Below are positions 13,248 to 26,545 of a stretch of 64,000 bases of DNA, in pieces. The stretch's first letter is position 1. Every line of letters begins with the position of its first letter. Source of the DNA: Octopus vulgaris (lineage: Eukaryota); the NCBI GenBank assembly GCA_951406725.2, contig OX597828.1, positions 76,570,001 to 76,634,000 on the forward strand, read 5' to 3'. Under the pieces are notes generated by a model that was not told the origin of the DNA, ran no database searches, and saw only the letters and a list, made by a program, of their open reading frames with translations. Made by a program: the position numbers and the translations under genes.

Positions 13248-14383
13248 TTCCGCTTTAGAAATTTATTGAGGATTAGTGGCGGGGAGTGCGAGCCGTTTTC
13301 GAGGGGTCTCTGGGCGCCGCCGAGAACGAACTGGCTAGTATGTTCCGGTGGACTTTCCAGTCTGGAACTATCATGGATAATTTCCAGATCTCCTTGGCCT
13401 GGTAGAGCTACGGGGTGGAGTGGGGGGCGCTACCGTTTCCAGATAAACTCTAAAGGCACGGACGGATGTGCTGTCAGACGGAGTTGTCCGTGGTGACGCA
13501 GAGTGATTAAAAGTTCTGGCCGCCCTCGTTCAGTGCCCGGGCATTGCTTACTCGTGGGTTTATGTTGAACAGTTGCTGTCAGGTGTGGGACGGATCTGTC
13601 TGTCGGTCGAGTCTGTAGGGATGATTGCACTGATTGCACCACCACCCTCCTTCAATCGGGCAGGCAATGCAGTTTTCCTTTGTCTAGTGACTGTGGCGAA
13701 AGAGGTTGGTTGGTGCACAAGGCTGAAAGGCGTAAAGACAGACACATGTCTCTTTGGTTGACCTCTCATTAACTTTTTCAAGTTTCCCTTGAAAAGGAAA
13801 TTGAGAGGGAAAACAGAAGTGCTGTCCACGAGTGAGTTTATTAACAGATGGGTGAAACCGTTCTGCATGCTCACTTGTGGTGCTTTGTCGAACAGTAAAC
13901 ACCTGTAGGGCGGATCCGGCTATCGCCAGAGTCCGTTGTGGAGATCGCCCGCTTCCTTCTTTTGGCTGGGAAGAGAGGGTAATATTTCTCTGTCTGGTGG
14001 ATATGGCAAAACAGGTTGTGTGGTGAACGCCAATGAAAAGGTTGAAAGTGAGGCTGGAGAGGATGGTACTGTCACCCAGTAAGTTCGTTGAAAGGTGGGT
14101 GAATGCGGCAAGAATGGCCCGCGTGAATGGTCCTACTCTAAGTGTGCGCCTGTCGGACGTATAGAATGGGGAAGGGAGGATCCTTCCTGAGGAACCGTTG
14201 GTGTTAAGGGGTGCAAAGTGCATGCAGTCTCTTTAGTTACCTTACAATGGAACTCCCCCATATTGGGGAAGCATTTTGTTAATTTAATCTCTTTGTTAAT
14301 CGTTTGTAAGAGGTTTACACGCTTAACCTCACTGACTCTCGTCTGTCTATCATTCTCTACGTTCCGTGGCCAATAAGGAAAGA
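13248..14383 (+). mobile_element. L1/Tx1-like LINE 3' fragment (degenerate zf-RVT region + 3' UTR)
   Basis: MDNFQISLAW..GALPFPDKL, RSCP....ALVQCPG and FLCLVTVAKEVGWCTR. 14030-14383 is homologous to the reverse complement of 36913-37280. Ends GAAAGA(ATT)n. Confidence 0.75.
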
Positions 14384-14437
<54 letters not shown>

Positions 14438-14689
14438 GTATTTGCACACATGCTTTCTTTAACTATCTAGTGTCCAAAGGTCTCTAGTAGCTAATTACAT
14501 TTCGCTATGTTATGAGTTCAAAACCGGTTGGAAAAGTTATTTCCTTTTGATCAATAAAATAAATTCCGTTTAATTACTAATTACGTATTAATTGGTAGCA
14601 ATTTAATTCATTATAATCCTAAAGCTCAACTACAATAATTGCAACCTGATCAAGATCATTTGACTTCAGCTCGAAATCGAACCCACGAT

Positions 14690-14747
14690 CGTGATGATGA
14701 TGATGATGATGATGATGATCGTCATCATCATGATTATCATCTCTACT

Positions 14748-14785
<38 letters not shown>

Positions 14786-14820
14786 CACCATCATCATGAT
14801 TATTATGATCATCACCATAC
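14690..14820. repeat. (GAT)n/(CAT)n compound microsatellite
   Basis: Direct reading; explains the His-, Asp- and Met-rich ORFs here. Confidence 0.9.
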
Positions 14821-15356
14821 TCATTATAATTTTCCACCCATCGTGATGCACCTCCTTATTTTGCTCCTAAACCGTCAACCGGATATATTGCTCTCAGACG
14901 ACCTACCAAGGTACAACTCGAGTATCGCATCTCTCTGTTTACATTATTGATTTAGTCTTAATTTATAATCATCATCCCTGTCTTCATCTGCTGCACCGTT
15001 CTTCACTACTCACACCTCGTACACCCTCTGACGACGTATTTCCTGTAGCATCAAGTACAACACTTGAATGAGTTGTACTAGAGTTTTACGCTCTTGATCT
15101 ATATATCGTTTATATCATACAAGGAGTAGCTGTGGTGGTGGTGATGGTGGTGGTGGTGGTGGTGGTGGTGGTGTAGGTGGTGGTTGTAGTAGTAGTAGGA
15201 GCAGTAGTTTCGCCGGCGACGGTGGTGGTGTAGCAGCATGTGTACATGTACGTATGTATGAATGTAAGGTCTTAAGCGTGTGTGGGTGTACGCGAGTGCC
15301 CATGTGTGTATCTGTGTGCCTGTGTCTGCGTATATTTATACATACATATATATATA

Positions 15357-15387
<31 letters not shown>

Positions 15388-15614
15388 AACAAGAAAAAAG
15401 CAACAAGAATGGATTAGTATATATATATATTTGCTTATATATATGTACAAACACTTAACTTACATTTATATACATACATATATATATATATGCATGTATA
15501 CATACGTACGTATGCATGTATGTATGTATGTGCAAATATATATATATATATATGTATGAGTATATATAATATATATATACATATATTTATATATATATGC
15601 ATGGATATATTTAC

Positions 15615-15653
<39 letters not shown>

Positions 15654-15696
15654 CATATATATACACACATATGTTCATATATACATATGTATAAAC

Positions 15697-15745
<49 letters not shown>

Positions 15746-17102
15746 TTTATGTATATTTATGTATGTATGCATGTTTGTACGTTCGTATCTACGTACGTAG
15801 TTCCCTGTGTATTTGATGGACTACTCTTTCCCAGCGTCGCTTATATCGATCTCATTTCTGTTTGTTCAGTGGTTTTATTGCATAAGTTTTTATTTCAAAG
15901 AGAAACTTGCATTGTTCTTTTACCTAAGTATGTTAGTACAGCTGAACCCTGCATAGATTATTTTCCTGAGTTCTGTAATGCAAACCCTGCTATAGATTTT
16001 GATGTCTACAACGGCAAATAAAATCTCTATTGTTCAATTGTTTCTCTTCTTTTATCATATTCAGTACACACATTACTCAGAAAACTGTTTGCTCTTTTAT
16101 TACCCCATATCGTATTTATTTCATTTTCGATGTTTTTCTACTTTGATAATGTATCTGCTTCATCACCAACGATTTCACTTTATTTTATTTTTAGTGTATG
16201 GCAAAGGAACGAGATGGCTGAGAGAGTTCAAGAATTTTCGCCTGGACTTTGATAAACGATGTCACGCGATGTTTAGCTTCCATTTGTCTATATCGAGTGT
16301 TTCTAAATATATATTATAATGATTATAGTTTCAGTAATACCAGACAAATTACAATTATATGGTTATGCCTGATTGGCTGACAAGGTTCACACCTCATACT
16401 TACAATCTATTCTGCTAAATAATCCGGTTGATAAATATCTGATCTACATAAATCTATGAGTTAATTTTATTGGCAATTACGGAAGAGTCGACGTGGATAT
16501 CAAGAATATTTGTTTTACACTGAACGCAAGAAAATCCAAGCAAAGCCGACATTATTTGTTCAGGTTTCCGTTCTAAGAATAAATTATCATGAATAGACAA
16601 ACAATTAATAAATGTTGTTATAACAATTATAAAATATTTGGTTGGAGAGTGACGAAGTGTAAAGTAACGAGCTCTATATACATTATATAAACTGCTACAA
16701 CAGTGGAAAGAATATTAAGCGTTCAAATCTATTTGTATCTTAAATTCAAAATGAAACAACGGGACAATGTATAAGCGCATGCGCCAGAATCACCAACGGA
16801 TCACACCAGACATCCTTAAGTAAAAGTTATCATTAGATAATGTGATCCAATACATGCTGCTTACCCGAGAAAAAGCTATGGGGCAGATTAGAAACGTCTC
16901 TCAAGATAAGTGAGTTTCATCAGTTTTAAGGTAGAAACAAATATCAACATTAACATCTTTTGAAGGCTTTTTTTAAAAATCAAATTGTTGATAAATGCAT
17001 TCCGAGTTTAAGAAGAGCTTCACTTTGCTGGCAACATGAAAGTTATAACCAATAGAAGAACGTAAAAATGTTGAGCTGTCATGGCATAAAAAAAGACAAA
17101 AA

Positions 17103-17255
17103 TGGGTATGTGGTAACAAGCTTGCTTCCCAACCACATGATTCAGGGTTCAGTCCCATTGCGTGGCACTTTGAAGGAGTGTCTTCTACTACAGCCATGGG
17201 CCGACCACAGCCTTGCGATTGGATTTGGTAAACGAAAATCGAAAATAAGCCTTCG
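17103..17255 (+). mobile_element. SINE family 1, 5' half
   Basis: Matches ~48578-48730 (GGTTCAGTCCCA..GCGTGGCAC..GTGTCTTCTACTA..GGGCCGACC) and stops at the internal microsatellite position. Confidence 0.8.
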
Positions 17256-17401
17256 TACACACGCACGTGCACGGACACGCACACACACGGACACACACAC
17301 ACACACATTTAACTTGTATATATATACATATATATACGTGTATATATATGTACATGAATATGTATGATACATACACATATATAGATATATATGTATATAT
17401 G

Positions 17402-17469
<68 letters not shown>

Positions 17470-17535
17470 ACATATATGTACACATAAATATATATAACAT
17501 ACGGATATATATAAATATATGTATATATCCATATG

Positions 17536-17616
<81 letters not shown>

Positions 17617-17949
17617 CTGTATGTTTTGTGATATTTAAAGTTAAATCCAAGTTAAGTCCAACAGAATGCAAATTTCAAATGAAACGTGAAACCACAAATG
17701 AATAAGCCAGAACAACAGTTTTCGTTATCTTACATTTCGGGATTAAAAGTGCTTCGTCAAGAAAAATTAAATGAAACGTGATAGGTGCTTGTCTTACTTT
17801 CTGTCACCATGCTTTATTTTATACTTACACTGTCAGATTGTACACAAAAGACGTTCTATAGAAATGCATATACATCCACACACAAACATATACATATGTA
17901 TGTGCAAAAGTATATTTATATATATATGTCTTTCTAAAAAATGTTATGT

Positions 17950-17953
<4 letters not shown>

Positions 17954-17980
<27 letters not shown>

Positions 17981-19213
17981 AATATATATACATATATATA
18001 TATACATATATACATATACATACACACACAGACATATATATATAAATACACACACACATATACATTCATGGTAGTGTTGATGATATGATAGTATAGAGAA
18101 TAACACTTAACCAAGTATACCTGCAGCGATAGATAATTTTAAATCACTACTTGGTCGGTGAATCTTATCGCAAAATATTAAGGTCAATTTTTTTCATTGA
18201 AGCGGCAAATGTGTCGCTTGGGAAAATAAAAATAATGGTTAGATTAGTATATTTATTCATCGAGAGAAATCCCATACGTATGTGTACCTATATGAATAGC
18301 TAAATTGCCATTTGTAGAAGCTTCGCGCTCGGAAATCTAGGCTATATGCATATTAACATACAAGAATTGTTTATGTTTTGTCTTAGTTTGTTTTAAATGT
18401 GTGCCTATGATTGCAAATCTACATCTATGTATATATGCCTACAGGAGTGTCTATATATCAATATATATTCGTGTATGCGTATGCGTGCAAAGTGTATATG
18501 AGTATGTGAGCGATGCGTTTAGCTCTCATGGAGAGAAATATCTTGTGTTACCAATAGACGAGTTGCTGTCAAAAACATAATACAAGCCCTTTGAATGTAA
18601 ATAATGTATTTATGTATCAATCCATTCATATAAATACATATGTGGAGGCGCAATGGCCCAGTGGTTAGGGCAGCGGACTCGCGGTCGTAGGATCGAGGTT
18701 TCGATTCCCAGACCGGGCGTTGTGAGTGTTTATTGAGCGAAAACATCTACAGCTCCACGAGGGTCCGGCAGGGATGGTGGTGATCCCTGCTGTACTCTTT
18801 CACCACAACTTTCTCTCACTCTTACTTCCTGTTTCTGTTGTACCTGTATTTCAAAGGGCCGGCCTTGTCACTCTCTGTGTCACGCTGAATATCCCCGAGA
18901 ACTACGTTAAGGGTACACGTGTCTGTGGAGTGCTCAGCCACTTACACGTTGATTTTACGAGCAGGCTATTCCGTTGATCGGATCAACCGGAACCCTCGTC
19001 GTCGTAACCGACGGAGTGCTTCCATACATACATATATACATATATTCACACACACACACACATATATATAAATATATATATATATATAAATATATATACA
19101 TATATATATATACATATATACATATACATACACACACAGACATATATATATAAATACACACACACATATACATTCATGGTAGTGTTGATGATATGATAGT
19201 ATAGAGAATAACA

Positions 19214-19217
<4 letters not shown>
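17954..19217. repeat. ~155-bp direct duplication (17954-18109 = 19062-19217)
   Basis: The same interrupted microsatellite and the unique tail CATTCATGGTAGTGTTGATGATATGATAGTATAGAGAATAACACTTA recur at an offset of 1108. Confidence 0.9.
18643..19023 (+). mobile_element. tRNA-derived SINE, apparently full length
   Basis: tRNA-like head with A box TGGCCCAGTGG and B box GTTTCGATTCC. Body and 3' end are shared with 56090-56341 and 2590-2840. Confidence 0.85.
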
Positions 19218-19265
<48 letters not shown>

Positions 19266-20069
19266 CTATGGTTTGGTAGTGCCTTATAACAATGACTTTA
19301 TATATATATATATATACATATATATAAAGATAGATAGATTATATGCATCATTGTTTGATATAGGTAAATCTAGTTTTTTCAAGAAGTCTTCTAAAGCCGT
19401 GATACTGAAAAAACAGTTAAAAGTACAAACCATCAACTTGTTTGATTTTTCATTTCTTTAAAGCCAAAACAATGTGAGTTATAAGATATATGTGTATGGT
19501 TTGTGTGTGTCTGTGTATGTGGGAATTTGTATGTGTGCGTGTGTGTATGTGTGTGATTGTGTGTTGAAGTGCGTATAGGTGCTTTTGTATGTTGACAACC
19601 GCAGCGAGACATGGCGACATTCTTACCGAAAATAAAATTGTATTAAAATTAGAAACACGTCTCGGTTCATTGTAGTGAACGACACAATAGAGAGGTTAAT
19701 TTTGGAAACGAATGAGGAAACGTAGAAAATTATTCGTAGAAGTAAGGAGTGGTCTTCATTCATGTCTTGCGTTAGAATCCTATTCACAATTAAACTATTT
19801 CAAAGACTAAACTAGTTATTCTTCAATTTTTGCACCAATAGAAGCGTGGAAGATAAAATCAAACGTCACTGAAATTTGATTTTGGGACGTTAAAAAACCT
19901 CATCACAAAGCTTCTTTCTCTATTCTAAAATACTTTTAGACATTCCCAAGGATTTGCTGGCATTTTTACAGTTGTCGTTTTGATGCTTTTTTTTTTTGCT
20001 TTTTTAATGTGGCTGTGTGATAAGAAGTTGGTTTCTCAACGTTGTGGTTGCGGGTTCAGTCCCACAGCT

Positions 20070-20232
20070 AGGGTGATACAGCTTGGCACCAGTGATGTGG
20101 CAACTCATTTCTACAGCTGAGTTAACTGGAGCAACGTGAAATAAAGAACACAGCACTTAGCCTGGTCCGGAAATCGAACTCACAACCTCACGATCGTAAG
20201 TTCGACGCTGTAGCCACTGAGCCATGCACCTT
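20070..20232 (-). mobile_element. tRNA-derived SINE 5' part
   Basis: Minus strand reads TGGCTCAGTGG...GAGTTCGATTTCC...TTGCTCCAGTTAACTCAGCTGTAGAAATGAG. It abuts a short family-1 head at ~20008-20068. Confidence 0.65.
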
Positions 20233-20279
<47 letters not shown>

Positions 20280-20719
20280 AGTATGTATGTATTTATGTGT
20301 GTATGTATGTGTGTATATGTGCATGTATGTATATGTGCATGTATGCATGTATGTGAAGTAAATCTTCAGGTGTATATCTATATCTGTGTATGAATGTATA
20401 TATTATATGTTGAAATGGAAAAGAACTGCCACAAACATGGTTCTCTGAGGAATACTGACAATTACCGTTTCTCGAATTTGTTTTTTGCGCCACAAAATGT
20501 AAAATGTGTTTTATGAGCGACGTTGCATATTTTCGAAATAACCTCGTAAGAATAATTACTTGTTGATAGAACAATTATTATTATTATTATTATTATTATT
20601 ATTTCTAATGAATCTTTCGCTGAGACCTGCTATACAACTTCCTTCTCCCTCACTCTGCCAATCTTTCGCTTTCGTATTCTCTCTATCTCTCTCTATTTAG
20701 ATACATATATATGTGTGTG

Positions 20720-20756
<37 letters not shown>

Positions 20757-20809
20757 TCATATACATATATATTTACACATACATACATATATATATATAT
20801 ATACATATA

Positions 20810-20907
<98 letters not shown>

Positions 20908-21272
20908 ATCCGCACTATATGCATTTATATAATATGATGGTCTTCATAAAATACCTCACTTAGTGGAGCTACAAACGAGGCTACAGACCAAATAGTAAAC
21001 CAATATTACGAATGAAGAAAATGTTCTTTCTTTTCTTGTCTTTTATCTGCTTTTATTCGCCTTTCAAGGTTTTGAATCAAAATTCCTACTGTTTTTGTTT
21101 TCTCGTTTCTCATGTACCAATGAGCCTATGTGCTCAGTACTTGTAAGTTTATTGGAGGCAGAAGAGATGTTATACAACCTAACCAAACATGTGTCTTCAC
21201 AGAAAGAAACTACTAATAGCTAGTATATCTACACTGTGTCCATCACATGATATATATATATATATATATATA

Positions 21273-22171
21273 CAGGGTGTCCATAAAGTCTCTTTAAAAT
21301 TAAAAAAAATTATTACAAAGGCAGTTGATGAGATATTTTAACTAGATTTGTTTTATTTTAATAATTGTATTTTAAAGTTTTTATAGATATTAAATTTTTG
21401 TGTTTCAGATACTCTGTTGTTGGAAGGGAACTGATTCACTGTACCCCTATAAAATGGTTACTCCTCATGAAAAAGCACAATGTGTATCCTGGTTTATTGA
21501 GACAAAATTGGATGTTGAGACTCAACGAAACTACAGAACTATGTATGGAAGAGATCCACCATCGCGTCCTTCAATTCGTGCATATGTGGTGTGGAATCAT
21601 GTGCAATCGAATAATTGGTCCATTTTTCTTCAACGGGGCAACAATAACTGCAGATGTTTACCTCGACCTTCTGACTGAATATGTGGCACCACAACTGACT
21701 CACTTACAACCAACCATCATTTTCCAGCAAGATGGTGCACCACCACATTGGGGACGGCGTGTTCGTCAGTTCCTTAATCAAACATTTCCAGACCGATGGA
21801 ATGCATGCGATGGGCTAACTCCATGGCCACCGCGTTCGTCAGATATCACTCCCTTGGACTTCTTTTTATGGGGTTATGTAAAAGATATCGTGTATCAAAC
21901 AAACATACGGGATATTGCTGACTTAAAGCAAAGGATTCGTAATGCCATTGCCACCGTTGATGAGGCTATCCTAGAGCGAACATGGCAAGAAATCGAGTAC
22001 TGCCTTGATGTGCTTCGCGCAACTAATGGTGCCCATATTGAGGTCTATTAAATAACAGTTAAAAATCTTCAATAAACAATTATTACAATAAAACAAATCT
22101 GGTTAAGATATCTTGCCAACTGCCTTTGTAATTATATTTTAAAATTGTAAAAATATTTTATGGACACCCTG
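21273..22171 (+). mobile_element. Tc1/mariner DD41D (rosa-type) DNA transposon, internally deleted
   Basis: TA|CAGGGTGTCCATAAA...TTTATGGACACCCTG|TA, with ~100-bp imperfect TIRs and a TA TSD inside a (TA)n/(CA)n tract. Confidence 0.92.
21454..22051 (+). pseudogene. DD41D transposase with an internal deletion and frameshift at ~21583
   Basis: The N-terminal HTH segment MVTPHEKAQCVSWF...PPSRPSIRA is joined out of frame to WCGI...FQQDGAPPH...WPPRSSDITPLDFFLWG. There are 41 residues between the 2nd and 3rd Asp, and the first catalytic Asp region is missing. Confidence 0.9.
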
Positions 22172-22181
22172 TACACACACA

Positions 22182-22296
<115 letters not shown>

Positions 22297-22304
22297 ACAT
22301 ATAT

Positions 22305-22716
22305 AACTTTTATCTGCGTTTCACTTTAATCGTCTCTCTCCTTGAATTGTCTTTAGGGGCATTAGTCGAAGAAATCGACACAAGTGCTTACTGCTAAATC
22401 TGGCACTTATTCTTTCCATCTATTTTTGTGAATCGCTAAATCGTTTTGTTATAAATGAACCAACACCGGTTTTCAAGCGGTTACATGAACAAACGTAGGC
22501 ACGCTGACGGATAGACACACAAACACACACTCACACACATACAAACTCACACACACTCACACGCACACACAGACACAGACACACACACACACACACACAA
22601 ACATACATACACATATGCACATTGGGCATCCACGTAGTTTCCGTCTACCATATGCACCCACAAGTCATTGGTCGGCCCGGTGATATAGAAGAAACATTTG
22701 TACCAGGTGCCGTGGT
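22305..22716 (-). mobile_element. SINE family 1, decayed
   Basis: Reverse-complement similarity to 48568-49010 (GTTTCCGTCTACCA, TTGGTCGGCCCG, TAGTCGA..AAATCGAC) with an internal (CA)n tract. Confidence 0.6.
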
Positions 22717-23217
22717 ACAAATGATGATTGCAATGCGCGCTTATTCACCAGGCAGCAATGAATTCCTGTATATTCAAATGCCACTTTGTGCTACGAAACT
22801 ATCTGGATGTAAATATTTAATGACAATCCGAGAGAAACAATGTTATACTGCTTATTATTTAACACGAAATACTGAGCTATTTGTCACTACATACACACAC
22901 TCATACATATATATATAAACCTACCTGAATATGGAGATAAATTTGAAGTTTGTGAATAGCTAAGCTTTTTCTTATGAAATAGTAGTATTTTATAGTTAAG
23001 AGCTTATTAGAAATACGAGGTCAATGTGTTGAGCTCTGCTACTAATGTGCCTGATTAATATTAAATGCGAATTTATGAGAGATGAACAATGTGGCGAGTT
23101 CGTTATTAATACGGCCATGTTTAATAATATATTTTGTAGGGCGGAGTTCATATGTCAACGTGCAGCCGGTTACAGCCATATTGATGCGTTCATATGGATT
23201 TCTATCCCTCTCTCCAA

Positions 23218-23710
<493 letters not shown>

Positions 23711-23712
<2 letters not shown>

Positions 23713-25554
23713 CATCATCATCATCATCATCATCATCATTTAGCGTCCGCTTTCCATGCTAGAATGGGTTGGACGGTTCAACTGGGGTCTAGGAGGCCAG
23801 AAAGCTGCACCAGGTCCAGTCTGATGTGGCAATGTTTCTACGGCTGGATGCCCTTCCTAACGCCAACCACTCCGTGAGTGTAGTAGATGCTTTTCACGTG
23901 CCACCGACACAGGTGCCAGACAGGGCTGGCAAACGGCCACGGTCGGATGGTGCTTTTTACGTGCCACCAGCACGGAGGCCAGGCGAGGCTGGCAACGGCC
24001 ACGATCTGGTGGTGTTTTTTACGTGCCACCGGCATGGATGCCCGTCGGGGCGGCGCTGGCAACGGCCACGTTCGGATGGTTCGCTTACGTGCCACCGGCA
24101 CTGGTATCACAGCTACAATTTCTATTGATGTTGATCGATTTCGATTTTGATGCTGATTCTCACTTGCCTCAACAGGTCTTCACAAGTAGAGTTTTGTGTC
24201 CCAAGAAGGAAAGGTATGTATAAGTGGACTGGCTACATCCCAGGTAGAGGCCATGGGTTATGGTCTCACTTGTCCTGTCGGGTCTTCTTACACACAGCAT
24301 ACTTCCATAGGTCTCGGTCTCTAGTCATTTCCTCGGTGAGACCTAAAGTTCGAAGTTCGTGCTTCACCACCTCGTCCCACGTTTTCCTGGGTCTACCTCT
24401 TCCACAGGTTCCCTCATCCGCTAGGGTGTGGTACTTTTTCACACAAGTATCTTTATCCATTCTCGTCACATGACCATACCAGCGCAAATGTCTCTCTTGT
24501 ACACCACAACTGATGCTTCTTAGGTCCAACTTTTCTTTCAAGGTACTTACACTCTGTCGAGTACGAACACTGACATTACACATCCATCAGATCATACTGG
24601 CTTCATTTCTTGCGAGCTTATGCATGTCCTCAGCAGTCACGGCCCTTGTTTCACTGCCGTGTATACATGCGTCATACAGTCTGCCTTTTACTTTGAGCGA
24701 GAGGCCTTTTGTCACAAGCAGGGGTAAGAGCTCTCTGAACTTTGCCCAGGCTATTCTTACTCTAGCAGCTACACTTTCAGCACACCCATCCCCGCTACTG
24801 ACTTGGTCACCTAGGTAACGGAAGCTATCAACTATTTCTTGTTTTTCTCCCTGAAATGTGGTGGAAGTTGGTTTTCAGTGTTTATTGCTCCTGAGCATAT
24901 GCCACATACAAAAACTATTTTCCTAGTTAGCCTTCCTTTGACATTGCTGCACCTCTTATGTGTCCATAGCTTACACTTGTTGCATCTTATAGAGTTTCTA
25001 CCTACGCCTTTTTTACAAATCAAGCAGGGCCATCTACCTGAAGGCGTTTGTGATTTGTCTACCTTCCTACTTATTAGGACTTTGGTTTTAGCTAGGTTGA
25101 CTCTAAGGCCCTTCGATTCTAATCCTTGCTTCCACACCTGAAACTTCCCTTCCAGCTCTGATAGTGACTCAGCAATTAGAGCAAGGTTATCAGCATAGAG
25201 GAGCTCCCAGGGGCATCCTGTCTTGAATTACTCCGTTATTGCCGGGAGGACTATGATAAATAGGAGGGAGCTGAGGACTGAACCTTGGTGGACCCTAACC
25301 TCTACCCGGACTTCTTCACTGTACTCATTGCCAACCCTCACCTTACTAGCAGCGTCCCTGTACATGGCTCAAACAGCTCTCACTAACCATTCATCAACCC
25401 CTAGTTTCCGCATTGACCAGCAGATAAGGGATCGGGGGAACCCTGTCGAAGGCTTTCTCCATGTCAACAAAAGCCAGGTACAGGGCCTTATCTTTGGCTA
25501 GGTATTTCTGCTGCAGCTGTTTTACCAAGAATATAGCATCAGTAGTACTTTTCC
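23711..25554 (-). mobile_element. RTE-like LINE, 5'-truncated (RT, PHD insert, C-terminus, 3' UTR, (GAT)n tail)
   Basis: STTDAIFLVKQLQQK, AFVDMEKAFDRVP, HQGSVLS, LLYADNL, GLRVNLAKTKVL, LRWYGHVTRM, GRGRPRKTW and DRDLW, with several frameshifts. The tail is at 23711-23739. Confidence 0.92.
23896..24102. repeat. Tandem ~63-bp GC-rich repeat (about 3.3 units) in the RTE 3' UTR
   Basis: ACGTGCCACC starts at 23896, 23959, 24021 and 24087. The three full units contain GCTGGCAA(A)CGGCCACG. Confidence 0.9.
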
Positions 25555-25562
25555 TTATATAA

Positions 25563-25605
<43 letters not shown>

Positions 25606-25875
25606 TATGTAATATGTGACAATTATTCGGTAGCCTAGATAAAACTCCGAGTTTTATCTTACCGCTTTTATCAACACAGATTTGTGTGTCTGTGTCTATC
25701 CTCCCGCCATCGTTCGACTAAAGGCGGTACTCCAGTATGGCCTCAGTGAAGTGACAGAAACAAGTAAAAGAATAAAAGAATATATATACATATATATATG
25801 CATATATACATACGTATATACGCATATATATATATGTACTTATATACATGCATACTTATATCTATACGCATATAC

Positions 25876-25924
<49 letters not shown>

Positions 25925-26178
25925 GGCACAGGATGTCACGAAACGTATACAACAAAAAATACGAACACCGAAAACAAGATAAACAACACAAAAAACGACC
26001 CTTCTTCAGTTGTTGGCTGTTATTCTACTCTCGTATTTCGATCGTGCTGGATATGTTCCAAGCAGCACACCGATAAAGCACGTTTACTGTCTATGGGTAC
26101 CTGACGCCATCCTTGGCTATTACACTGTTGTAGCTGGATCTACCTCAGGAATTCCTCAGTGTGTATTGAGTACGAATC

Positions 26179-26349
26179 AAATGATAGGGACGGGAAATTG
26201 GAATACACGGAAATATTTATTGCTTACGTCAATCGTTTCGACACATGCTGCATCGCTCCACCCTGCGAAGGGTCGACGCAGGATGTGCCGAAACTATCCT
26301 TGAGGGAAATAAAGTTTCCCGTGTATTCCATATTCCATTTCTATCATTT
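26179..26349. repeat. Imperfect ~80-bp inverted repeat
   Basis: AAATGATAG..TGGAATACACGG..TTTATT..GTTTCGACACAT.CTGC pairs with GCAGGATGTGCCGAAAC..AATAAA..CCGTGTATTCCA..CTATCATTT. Confidence 0.7.
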
Positions 26350-26399
26350 CTTTTATACACACACACACACACACATACACACAACACATATAAACACAC

Positions 26400-26545
26400 G
26401 ACCGGTTTCCATGTAAAAATTCTAGTCACAAGACATTGGTCAGCTTGGGGCTACATTAGAAGCACTTACCCAATGTGTTGCGCAGTGGAACTGACCTCGA
26501 GACCACATGGCAGCAATGCGAGAGTCTTCACCAGGCAACCACACC
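26400..26545 (-). mobile_element. SINE family 1 5' half, decayed (a matching 3' piece lies at ~25682-25779, + strand)
   Basis: GCGCAGTGGAACTGACC, AAGCACTTACCCAA and TTGGTCAGC match the reverse complement of the head of 48568-49010. Confidence 0.5.

Noticed and set aside
18643-18716. tRNA gene
   Set aside because: There is no proper acceptor stem, and the sequence continues into a repeated SINE body.
19660-19680. GAAACACGTC hammerhead-like tail near 19652-19666
   Set aside because: There is no upstream CTGANGA core.
23896-24102. CRISPR-like repeat-spacer appearance
   Set aside because: The context is eukaryotic, the 'spacers' are homologous to each other, the array lies in a LINE 3' UTR, and there are no cas genes.
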